52,571 nucleotides of DNA from a virus. Its lineage: Duplodnaviria > Caudoviricetes. How positions within the stretch are numbered: the first letter of the stretch is position 1; every line of letters starts with the position of its first letter. Positions 16,797 through 23,613 of this stretch are shown piece by piece. The stretch is taken from the IMG/VR virus record IMGVR_UViG_3300032893_000065, positions 1 through 52,571 of that record, one strand, 5' to 3'. The notes beneath the pieces are model-generated. The model ran no database searches and had not been told where the DNA came from. It saw only the letters and a list, made by a program, of their open reading frames with translations. A program made the translations under genes and the position numbers.

Positions 16797-17063
16797 TCAA
16801 GGTTTTCTGGATTTCTGCTCTTCCTTGAGGATGCGGCCGAGGTCGGCAACGGAGATGGGGGCACCGAGCAGCGCGCGGCATCGGTCGCCAAAGGGTGAGT
16901 GCGGATACCCGTTGAGCAGTTCTCGTAGCGCCTCGCTCAGCGCCTCGCATCTCGCCTTCAGGGCGGCGATCTCATCCTTTGGGATGGGGGCGCCTTCGCA
17001 GCCGTAGTCGTGGCCTTCTCCGATAGCCTGGATGCAGCCCCAGCAGTGCCAGCGGTCGGCCAT
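16797..17063 (-). CDS. Hypothetical protein
   Basis: GAGGAG RBS; last gene of leftward operon. Confidence 0.6.
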   Translation of the reverse strand: MADRWHCWGCIQAIGEGHDYGCEGAPIPKDEIAALKARCEALSEALRELLNGYPHSPFGDRCRALLGAPISVADLGRILKEEQKSRKP

Positions 17064-17065
17064 GG

Positions 17066-17365
17066 CTAGCTCCTCATCGGCCTATCTGCCTCGGGGAGGA
17101 TGCCGAGGACGTGTCGCTCGTGGAAGGTCACGCGGTCGCCCAGGTGGGCCTCACCGTTGAGCGGCTCGTTGTCGAGCGTTCCCTGGAGAACGCCGTTCTC
17201 GATGGTCTCGATGCGGACCCACATCCGCTCCACGTCCCCGTTCGAGAAGATGAACCCGACCTTCGCCCAGTCCCCCGGCTTCAGTGCGGCCTTCTCCTCC
17301 TTTGAGGGGATGTGAAACGTCTTCGGATAGCGGGTGTTTCGTCTCACTCCATCGACGAGTTTCAT
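17066..17365 (-). CDS. DUF2314-like protein (in-frame Cys-rich extension possible from 17566)
   Basis: ERMWVRI..GTLDNEP..LGDRVTF..HVL motif; GGAG RBS. Confidence 0.65.
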   Translation of the reverse strand: MKLVDGVRRNTRYPKTFHIPSKEEKAALKPGDWAKVGFIFSNGDVERMWVRIETIENGVLQGTLDNEPLNGEAHLGDRVTFHERHVLGILPEADRPMRS

Positions 17366-17579
17366 GGCTTCTCCGGTATCTCTGGGATACGGGCCGGGGC
17401 AAACGTGTTCCACCCACGGCTTCCCGCATCTCCTGCACATGACTGCGGGTCGTTCTACGCGGGGCAGGAAGCCACCGAGACCGCCTATGCTTCGTTCCAC
17501 CGCCCTTGCCTGCGTGCATTCGTGGCACTCGCAACGGGGGCGCTGCTGCTCCGACCAGGGCCTCATGGCTTCTCCGGTA
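17362..17579. repeat. 17-bp direct repeat TCATGGCTTCTCCGGTA (17362, 17563)
   Basis: Exact copies 201 bp apart; each is an RBS plus ATGA on - strand. Confidence 0.8.
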
Positions 17580-17799
17580 GTTCTGGGGCGCCCATGGCGC
17601 GGCAGAGGTGGACGAGGAGCTTCGAGCGTTGGTCGGAGGTGGGGCTCGGGTTCGTGGCGAGAGCGGCGACGACCTTGAGGTTCTCTCCGAGGGCAGCGAT
17701 GCAGTCGCCGTAGGAGGGGGCGTAGGCCCGGCCGGGCAGTTTCAGGCTGCTGCCCGGGTGGACCCAGCCGCACCAGGGGCAGAGCTTCGGGTCGCTCAT
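17563..17799 (-). CDS. Hypothetical protein
   Basis: CPWCGWVH; operon packing. Confidence 0.6.
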   Translation of the reverse strand: MSDPKLCPWCGWVHPGSSLKLPGRAYAPSYGDCIAALGENLKVVAALATNPSPTSDQRSKLLVHLCRAMGAPELPEKP

Positions 17800-17802
17800 G
17801 GT

Positions 17803-18144
17803 CTAGGCGCTCGCGCCTGGCATCGTTGCGGGAGGAGGTGCCTTCTCCCTGGACTTTCTGGCCGCCGTGTCGAGCAGGTAGGCGAGGAGGACGCCCTTGG
17901 GCTTCGCGGGAGGGAAGGGAAGGTCAGGGGGCGCCCCGATCTCGATGAGCCGCTTCGTCCACTTCTCCGTCCAGGCGGGCTCCTTGTCTCCGGTCCAGAA
18001 CTCCGCAGGAATGGACAGATAGCCCTCGGAGGCAAGGTAGATGAGCGCCATGAGCATCTCGGTCGGGTCCTTTTCGAGAAGCGACAGCCCACCGAGAACC
18101 GCGATGGCGATCGGCGTCTTGAGGAGGTCGTCGTCCTTGTCCAT
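17803..18144 (-). CDS. Hypothetical protein
   Basis: GGAG RBS; operon packing. Confidence 0.65.
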   Translation of the reverse strand: MDKDDDLLKTPIAIAVLGGLSLLEKDPTEMLMALIYLASEGYLSIPAEFWTGDKEPAWTEKWTKRLIEIGAPPDLPFPPAKPKGVLLAYLLDTAARKSREKAPPPATMPGASA

Positions 18145-18147
18145 TGG

Positions 18148-18639
18148 TCACTCCGAGAGCTTCACCGTCGTGTTGAAGTTCTCCGCATACATCGAAATGC
18201 AGTACCCGCACTTGAGAGACCCCGGTACGGTCGGGATGTGGCGGTAGCACTCGCAAGGCCAGTCCCACTCTTCGGCCATCCGATGGATGACCGGAATGAT
18301 CGCGCTGTCATTCTCTGCCAGGGCGCGCTCGATGCAAACGTCGCGGGAGGCCTCGATGACCTTCCACTCGACGGCGCCTTCGTAGCGAGTCGTCCACTCC
18401 TTGCGGCGCTTCTCCGTGACGTTCGTCGCGTCCACGACGATGCGCTCGTGGCCGGCGAGACGGAGGGCCTCGACCATGGTGAAGGCCATGGCCCACACGT
18501 AGGGCTCGGCCGGGGCATAGAAGCGGTGCCCGTGCAGAGCGAGGCGGATCGAGTCGGGGTTCACGATGGGCCAGCCGGTGGTCTTGGCCCAGGAGGTCTT
18601 GCCGGATCGCGGGAGGCCGACGGTGACGTAGAGCTTCAT
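18148..18639 (-). CDS. P-loop kinase, AAA_33 / polynucleotide kinase-like
   Basis: VGLPRSGKTSWA, NPDSIR, IVVDATN...RR, CIERA: pattern of the T4 PNK-type kinase domain; no phosphatase domain. Confidence 0.85.
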   Translation of the reverse strand: MKLYVTVGLPRSGKTSWAKTTGWPIVNPDSIRLALHGHRFYAPAEPYVWAMAFTMVEALRLAGHERIVVDATNVTEKRRKEWTTRYEGAVEWKVIEASRDVCIERALAENDSAIIPVIHRMAEEWDWPCECYRHIPTVPGSLKCGYCISMYAENFNTTVKLSE

Positions 18640-18830
18640 CTCTTCTCCTCGGTGCCCACGTTCTTGAGGAGCACTCCCGAGACCATGGGGTACCCGTCTG
18701 CACCCGTGACGACCGAGAGAGCTACGGCTTGGTCTGCCGCGAGAGGGCCAGAGACGACGATGACCCGTTCCTTAAGGCCATCCATACCGCACCTTACCGA
18801 TGCCCACTCCACTCCTTGCTTTTCCGTCAT
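18636..18830 (-). CDS. Hypothetical protein
   Basis: ATGA-coupled both ends. Confidence 0.55.
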   Translation of the reverse strand: MTEKQGVEWASVRCGMDGLKERVIVVSGPLAADQAVALSVVTGADGYPMVSGVLLKNVGTEEKR

Positions 18831-19021
18831 GTCCGCCTCACGAGCTTGAGTTGCACGACGCTGTCGAGATCCGAGAGGTCGATGTCGATCGAGACGACCG
18901 GAGTGCGGTCGGGCCAGACGAAGTACGGGAGCCGGGCGCGCACCATGTCGATGGTGGTGATCTCTCCTCCGGGGATCTCGCCCTTGCAGAGGCGGACGAA
19001 GGCCCGGAGGGCAGGGATCAC
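18827..19021 (-). CDS. Hypothetical protein
   Basis: GTGA-coupled. Confidence 0.55.
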   Translation of the reverse strand: MIPALRAFVRLCKGEIPGGEITTIDMVRARLPYFVWPDRTPVVSIDIDLSDLDSVVQLKLVRRT

Positions 19022-19248
19022 GGTGTTTCCTTCGGGAGGAGCCCGGCTCGGGCGTCTTGTTTCCGGGCCTCCGCTTCCATGGGGGCGATGAATCGACCGG
19101 CGCTGATGATGGCAGCGGCAACCGAAATCTCACCATCCAACCGTTCATCCCAGGCCCTCATGCCAGAAGCGCCCTCGATGGTCACCTCGGCGTAGAAGTA
19201 GTGACCGTCTTGGAAAATCTCGACGCGGACGAGCGGTTTCTCTCTCAT
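19018..19248 (-). CDS. Hypothetical protein
   Basis: Operon packing. Confidence 0.6.
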   Translation of the reverse strand: MREKPLVRVEIFQDGHYFYAEVTIEGASGMRAWDERLDGEISVAAAIISAGRFIAPMEAEARKQDARAGLLPKETP

Positions 19249-19251
19249 CCG

Positions 19252-19428
19252 TTACTTCCCCTTCTGCGAGGCGAGGGCGCGGATCTTCGCCTCTAGCATG
19301 TCTATGCGATACCAAAGCGCGTCTAGCGTCGCAATCCATCGCTCGACAGGAATTCGGTCCATGGGCCAGCCATTGTCCGAGGCCAGCCGCGCCTGATGTA
19401 GTTCAGCAGGCGTTAGGGGCTGACTCAT
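19252..19428 (-). CDS. Hypothetical protein
   Basis: GAGG RBS; MSQPLTPAEL... Confidence 0.55.
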   Translation of the reverse strand: MSQPLTPAELHQARLASDNGWPMDRIPVERWIATLDALWYRIDMLEAKIRALASQKGK

Positions 19429-19470
19429 ACTTCCTCTCCATGACCATGGCGGATGCACGCTCGTTGGGCG

Positions 19471-19623
19471 TCATGGCAACCCTCGCATCAGAGCCACGCT
19501 CCAGGCCACAGCAGCAGAGGACCATCCGAGAACGCCCGCGAGACTACGGCTCCAGGCCTGTAGACCGACGTTTAGGAGACACAGCGCGATGAGGCCGATG
19601 TCTGTTGCGAGTTTCCACGTCAT
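19471..19623 (-). CDS. Small two-helix membrane protein
   Basis: MTWKLATDIGLIALCLLNVGL..LAGVLGWSSAAVAWSVAL; ATGA-coupled. Confidence 0.55.
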   Translation of the reverse strand: MTWKLATDIGLIALCLLNVGLQAWSRSLAGVLGWSSAAVAWSVALMRGLP

Positions 19624-19733
19624 CGGATCACCCTTGGAACTCCCGGCGCATGCGGCTGATGTGGCGCTGGCCGCGATACCCAGATTCGTAGGCCGGCGAC
19701 CGTGACGAGTACAATGAGAATGAGAGCTTTCAT
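19620..19733 (-). CDS. 37-aa membrane/signal peptide coupled to Ro60 stop (not in ORF track)
   Basis: MKALILIVLVTVAGLRIWVSRPAPHQPHAPGVPRVIR; ATGA overlaps at both ends. Confidence 0.55.
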   Translation of the reverse strand: MKALILIVLVTVAGLRIWVSRPAPHQPHAPGVPRVIR

Positions 19734-21373
19734 CCCCGGATGAAGTCCGCCAGGAGCGCCGGGGCGGAAGCATCGAAGCCCACGAAGTCCATCATTCCGA
19801 AATCGTTCGGATCCGCGATCGTGAACTCGTTCGCGGTGAAGGCCACGACCGCCAGCTTCGCCGGGATCTTCTGGTGCTCCCGGTAGCGCTGGAGCGCCTG
19901 CGTCGGGTGCATCGTGCCGGCCCAGGTCTCCGAGTCCGTGTAGACGACGAAGGCATCCACCTGAGTGTCATGCTGGTCGGCCCAGATCATCGGTAGGGCG
20001 CAGTCGGTTCCCCCGAAGGGGAACCTCTGCATGATCTTCACTGCGTCGTCCAGCCGGGTCTTCGGGGAGATCGGGACCTGGACGAGCCGCTCAGCGAAGG
20101 CGAGCATCCCGTACTGCGGCTCGGTGCGAGCCGTGACCATCGCCATCGCCGCCGCGGCCTCGCGGCATGTGAGCGGCGTGCCGGCGACCGAGCCTCCGTC
20201 CATGGAACTGGAGACGTCGATCGCTAGCAGGGTTCGCATCCCGGTCGGAACGATGTGCTGGAAGCTCTCGTAGAAGGCATCGTTCAGGGCATCGATCACC
20301 TTGGGCGAGGGCTGCCAGGTGAGGCTGCCCCGGATTCCGCGGCCCCCGGAGTAGACCGACTGCGCGAGCAGGATCCCGAGAGGGTGAACGCGGGCCTTCT
20401 TCATGCCCTCCTTGTTCGCGAGCCGGGAGACGACGTAGCTCTCGGCCGCGGACATGGGCGCGAGGAGGCCGATCGAAGCCATCTTCCCGAGGTTCCGGAT
20501 CATGGCCGTATACGGCATCCCCTGCCCGGACATGAGCAGCGCCTCCCAAACCTCGGGGGAGTTGAGGAGGTTCGTCGGCACGCACTCCCTCGGAATCCCG
20601 TACTGCGCGATGAGAGAGGCCGCCTCCAGCGGGCTGGGCGCTGCCTGCATGCGCTCGAAACCCTTGATGATCTCCGGGAGAGCATCGGGAACCGCGGGGT
20701 ACTTGTCGATGCGCTCGCCTCTCTTCGTAGCCCGCTTCACCTCGAAGGCGTCGGGCTTCCCGTGGGTCACCCAGCGGTAGATCGGGCCGCGCTCCACCTG
20801 GGAGACGGGGTGGGCCTTGCGGAGGAGATCCCGGTGGGACCAGCCGTTCCGCTGCTGGTACTTCACGGTCATCAGGGCGAGGGGATCCGCCCGGTAGTTC
20901 TCGTACCAGTTTCGGATGGCGCGCCGGGTCACCGGGCCCCAGCCGCCGAAAGCCTTCACGTTCTCGGCAAGCTGGAAGATGTGAGTGCCGATGCGGCAGA
21001 CCTTGGGGGTCATCGCCGCGGCGAGCCGGCGAGTCTCCTCGTCTCCATGCTTGAGGCACATGGCGAGCGCGAAGATGGCCGGGTCGTTCTTGGGGGCGAG
21101 AGCCTGGTCCGAGACGTCTACGATCCGGCGCACGACTCGCGGGCCGTCGATCTTGATGAGGCCGAGAACGCCCTCCGCGTTCTTCGCCGTGAGCTTCTTC
21201 TCGTCCGCGTAGTAGGAGCCCTTCTCGCTCCCGAGGATGAGGAAGCGGTCGAGCATCTGCCAGGGCGAGACGGCGAAGGAGAAGCCGCCGGCAGAGTTCG
21301 GGACCTGCGCGGAGCCAGGGATCTTCTCGGTCTGGGGAGTCTTGCGAGTCGAGTAGAGCCGTCCGTAATCCAT
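19730..21373 (-). CDS. rsr: Ro60-related RNA-binding protein (TROVE + vWA)
   Basis: NSAGG..LDRFLILGSE.GSYY; RIGTHIF; KYQQRNGWSHRDLLRKAHP; MIRNLGKM; RVHP; MIDAS DVSSSM, GGTDCALPM, YTDSETW; GFD; GGAGG RBS. Confidence 0.97.
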   Translation of the reverse strand: MDYGRLYSTRKTPQTEKIPGSAQVPNSAGGFSFAVSPWQMLDRFLILGSEKGSYYADEKKLTAKNAEGVLGLIKIDGPRVVRRIVDVSDQALAPKNDPAIFALAMCLKHGDEETRRLAAAMTPKVCRIGTHIFQLAENVKAFGGWGPVTRRAIRNWYENYRADPLALMTVKYQQRNGWSHRDLLRKAHPVSQVERGPIYRWVTHGKPDAFEVKRATKRGERIDKYPAVPDALPEIIKGFERMQAAPSPLEAASLIAQYGIPRECVPTNLLNSPEVWEALLMSGQGMPYTAMIRNLGKMASIGLLAPMSAAESYVVSRLANKEGMKKARVHPLGILLAQSVYSGGRGIRGSLTWQPSPKVIDALNDAFYESFQHIVPTGMRTLLAIDVSSSMDGGSVAGTPLTCREAAAAMAMVTARTEPQYGMLAFAERLVQVPISPKTRLDDAVKIMQRFPFGGTDCALPMIWADQHDTQVDAFVVYTDSETWAGTMHPTQALQRYREHQKIPAKLAVVAFTANEFTIADPNDFGMMDFVGFDASAPALLADFIRG

Positions 21374-21394
21374 TGGTTCCTCCGGTACAGGGAT

Positions 21395-21524
21395 GGGTCA
21401 AGCAAGTGATGTGGCTGCCGTTTGGTGCTCTACCACTGAGCTACGTCAGTCTCTCGACTGGCGACGGGAATTGAACCCGCGACCACCCTCTTGGCAGGAG
21501 AAGACAGCCACTTCGGCCTGACCC
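21395..21524 (-). ncRNA. yrlA: YrlA-type Y RNA with permuted tRNA-Gly(GCC)-like domain (unit Y1)
   Basis: Ro-binding stem GGGUCAGGCCGAAG / CACUUGCUUGACCC; upper stem GUGGCUGUC/GGCAGCCAC; T arm, closed acceptor stem, D arm; just upstream of Ro60. Confidence 0.9.
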
Positions 21525-21536
21525 TTTCCCAAAAAC

Positions 21537-21604
21537 GGATCGAGCAAGTAGCGATCGAGGGGTTTCCGGTTGCGAGAGGTAACCCTCAACCTTCGGCCCG
21601 ATCC
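21537..21604 (-). ncRNA. Short Y RNA-like unit Y2
   Basis: GGAUCGGGCCGAAGGUUGAGGGUUA...CCCUCGAUCGCUACUUGCUCGAUCC. Confidence 0.85.
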
Positions 21605-21614
21605 TTTCCGCGAG

Positions 21615-21686
21615 ACCGAGCAAGTGAGCGGTCGTGGGAGGTTCCTTAGCTGCGTGGCAGGGATAACCCATGACCTTCGGCCCGGT
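21615..21686 (-). ncRNA. Short Y RNA-like unit Y3
   Basis: ACCGGGCCGAAGGUCAUGGGUUA...CCCACGACCGCUCACUUGCUCGGU. Confidence 0.85.
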
Positions 21687-21697
21687 TCTTTCTACGA

Positions 21698-21803
21698 GAC
21701 TGAGCAAGTGATGGCCGTGGGAGATCCACCGACACGGGGTTGCCCCCGCCGTGTGGCAATCTCCTGAATGTGGAGACGGTAACCCACGACCTTCGGCCCA
21801 GTC
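21698..21803 (-). ncRNA. Y RNA-like unit Y4 with larger structured insert
   Basis: GACUGGGCCGAAGGUCGUGGGUUA...CCCACGGCCAUCACUUGCUCAGUC; internal GGGG-GCAA-CCCC and UCUCC/GGAGA hairpins. Confidence 0.85.
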
Positions 21804-21805
21804 CT

Positions 21806-21901
21806 TCACTTGTGCCTCGCCCCGAAGTCGTCTTCGAGAATGCAGGCCCAGATGTAGATGGCGAGGAAAAGAAGGATGAACCCGACGACCGCTCCTGCCA
21901 T
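21806..21901 (-). CDS. 31-aa single-pass membrane peptide inside Y RNA array (not in ORF track)
   Basis: MAGAVVGFILLFLAIYIWACILEDDFGARHK; GAGG RBS; fills the Y5-Y4 gap. Confidence 0.65.
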   Translation of the reverse strand: MAGAVVGFILLFLAIYIWACILEDDFGARHK

Positions 21902-21918
21902 AGCGGACCTCGATTCAA

Positions 21919-21981
21919 GAACGAGCAAGTGGATAGTCGAGGGGGATCGTCCAAGGATAACCCTCAACCTTCGGCCCGTTC
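21919..21981 (-). ncRNA. Short Y RNA-like unit Y5
   Basis: GAACGGGCCGAAGGUUGAGGGUUA...CCCUCGACUAUCCACUUGCUCGUUC. Confidence 0.85.
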
Positions 21982-21988
21982 GCGAAGC

Positions 21989-22017
21989 ACCCTAAGCCTA
22001 TTCATTCCGAATTGCAA
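21989..22017 (-). promoter_or_regulatory. Sigma70-type promoter for Y RNA-Ro60 operon
   Basis: TTGCAA (22017-22012), 17 nt, TAGGGT (21994-21989); predicted +1 falls at about the first G of Y5 (21981). Confidence 0.7.
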
Positions 22018-22088
22018 TCCCCGACATCGTCCCTCGCGGGTGTAAGCGTACTTCCACCCGGCTTTCGAGTAGGAACCGCGGAGGACGG

Positions 22089-22748
22089 ATGGCCGAAGTG
22101 ACTCCCGAACAGCCGAGTCAGGTCGTCGTGGGCGAAGACGACAAGCTGGAGTGGGTGGATTCCCGCTCGGAAGAAGAGCTACGGGAGGCCCTGGAGAGAG
22201 CGGAAGCCTACCGGATACGGCTCGGCAACGAGACCGATCGCGCCTTCGTCGTCTCCACATGGTCCCAGGGCTACTGGAAGGGCAGCCTTTGGGGTCATCG
22301 GGTGCGCTGGCAGCAGTTTGGACCCCGCATGCGGGTCATCTGCGACGGGATTTTGCAGCATGCGACGGTCATGGTGGCCTGTCCACCCGACGATCACGAG
22401 GAAATCCTAGGGTATATCGTCTTCCAGAGGCACTGGAAGCCGCCCAAGGGCCATCCTGAACCCATCGCAGGCGGTCTCGACCTCTTCCACTTCGCCTATG
22501 TGAAGCCTTTCGCCCGCTTGAAGGGCGTTTTTCGGGCACTTCTCGTCGCTTCGGGTCTTCCGGACCGCCTCCGGGGCGTGATCGTGACCTGTCCCACCCG
22601 ACTTTGGTTCTCGAACTCGAATTTCAGAGGTCTAGACGCCCGTTTTCCCGCGACAATCCATGATCCCTTCCTCCCGATGTACTACCTGAGGAACAATCCC
22701 TTCCCGAAGACGATCCCAATTCACCCGGACAGGAACAATGACATATAG
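22089..22748 (+). CDS. GNAT-like protein
   Basis: EILGYIV..LFHFAYVKPFARLKGVFRALL resembles acetyl-CoA-binding motif A; GGAGG RBS. Confidence 0.6.
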   Translation: MAEVTPEQPSQVVVGEDDKLEWVDSRSEEELREALERAEAYRIRLGNETDRAFVVSTWSQGYWKGSLWGHRVRWQQFGPRMRVICDGILQHATVMVACPPDDHEEILGYIVFQRHWKPPKGHPEPIAGGLDLFHFAYVKPFARLKGVFRALLVASGLPDRLRGVIVTCPTRLWFSNSNFRGLDARFPATIHDPFLPMYYLRNNPFPKTIPIHPDRNNDI

Positions 22749-23097
22749 AGTGCTCGCAGCGTACTTCCGCGAGGGCATCAACGCCCTCTCCAGCCGTTCT
22801 TCCGTGGCTTCCCAGGCGGGAATGGCCGGCGTTCCCACCGTCGGAGAGATCGAGATGACGGAGCACGGTATCGTCTGTGCCTCGAACTCCGGCAATCCCG
22901 GTCTCGTTCTCGTCCCCTGGTCCCAGATCGAGTGCCTCCGGGTCGAGGAGGTGAAGACGCTCACGAAGAAGGACGAGGAAGAGGCCGCAACCCTCCTACC
23001 GAAGAAACCGAAGCGGCTCGGGCCGCCTGTTCTACGGGGTGACGACCCCGGTCCCATGCTGGACATCGACGCGGCCCTGGGTCTCAAGCCGGAGTAG
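22738..23097 (+). CDS. Hypothetical protein
   Basis: AGGA RBS; operon packing. Confidence 0.65.
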   Translation: MTYRVLAAYFREGINALSSRSSVASQAGMAGVPTVGEIEMTEHGIVCASNSGNPGLVLVPWSQIECLRVEEVKTLTKKDEEEAATLLPKKPKRLGPPVLRGDDPGPMLDIDAALGLKPE

Positions 23098-23100
23098 ACG

Positions 23101-23613
23101 GTGCCCTGGCCCAAAGGGGTGAAGCGGAAGCAGAGGACGCCTGGTTCCGGGCGGGTGAAGGGCACGCCCAACAAAGTCACCGCGAAAACGCGCGAGATAT
23201 TCACGAAGGTTCTCGCGATGACTGCGGAGGACATGGAGCGATGGTTCAAGGAGTGCGGGGACGGGATCGAGATCGAGAAGACGATGCCAGACGGGACAAT
23301 CGTGACCGGCCGGCTCAACGCGGATCCGGGGAAGGCCCTGGAGGTGATGCTCAAACTGGCGGAGTTCTCGTTCCCGAAGCTCGCGCGGATCGAGAAGAGT
23401 CTCTCGGAACTCTCCGATCAAGAACTCCTCCAGGAAGTGAGGCGACGCCGGATGGAAGCGGAGCGGATGGCCCGGGACCCCTCCCTCCAGGCTCCCCCGG
23501 AGGCTCCGATGCTCATGGCAGTGAGCGAGGACCCCTCACCATCCCCCGATGGTGGAGATCAAGAGGCAGAGGCCAGCGATACGGAAGCGGATACCGGAGA
23601 CGATGAAGCGTGA
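23101..23613 (+). CDS. terS: Terminase small subunit (putative)
   Basis: GSGRVKGTPNKVT N-terminal motif; upstream of TerL. Confidence 0.65.
   Translation: MPWPKGVKRKQRTPGSGRVKGTPNKVTAKTREIFTKVLAMTAEDMERWFKECGDGIEIEKTMPDGTIVTGRLNADPGKALEVMLKLAEFSFPKLARIEKSLSELSDQELLQEVRRRRMEAERMARDPSLQAPPEAPMLMAVSEDPSPSPDGGDQEAEASDTEADTGDDEA

Noticed and set aside
20091-21409. Long alternative-frame and antisense ORFs over Ro60, and similar ones over portal, capsid and nozzle
   Set aside because: Expected shadow ORFs of high-GC codon usage; Arg/Pro-rich with no motifs.
21426-21502. Ordinary tRNA-Gly gene or attP site
   Set aside because: Arm order is permuted, the acceptor end is closed by a GAGA loop and there is no CCA; no integrase is seen.
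21750-21775. Second anticodon arm in Y4 (UCUCC-ACAUUCA-GGAGA)
   Set aside because: Has 5-bp/7-nt geometry but lacks U33 and accompanying D and T arms.
21395-21981. CRISPR array interpretation of the repeats
   Set aside because: Repeats come as self-complementary 5'/3' pairs with varying stems and irregular lengths, there are no cas genes, and the Ro60 neighbour explains them.
21441-22045. Track ORFs across the array (21441..21809, 21570..21767, 21646..21954, 21740..22045)
   Set aside because: No RBS or protein motifs; they run through RNA structural repeats.
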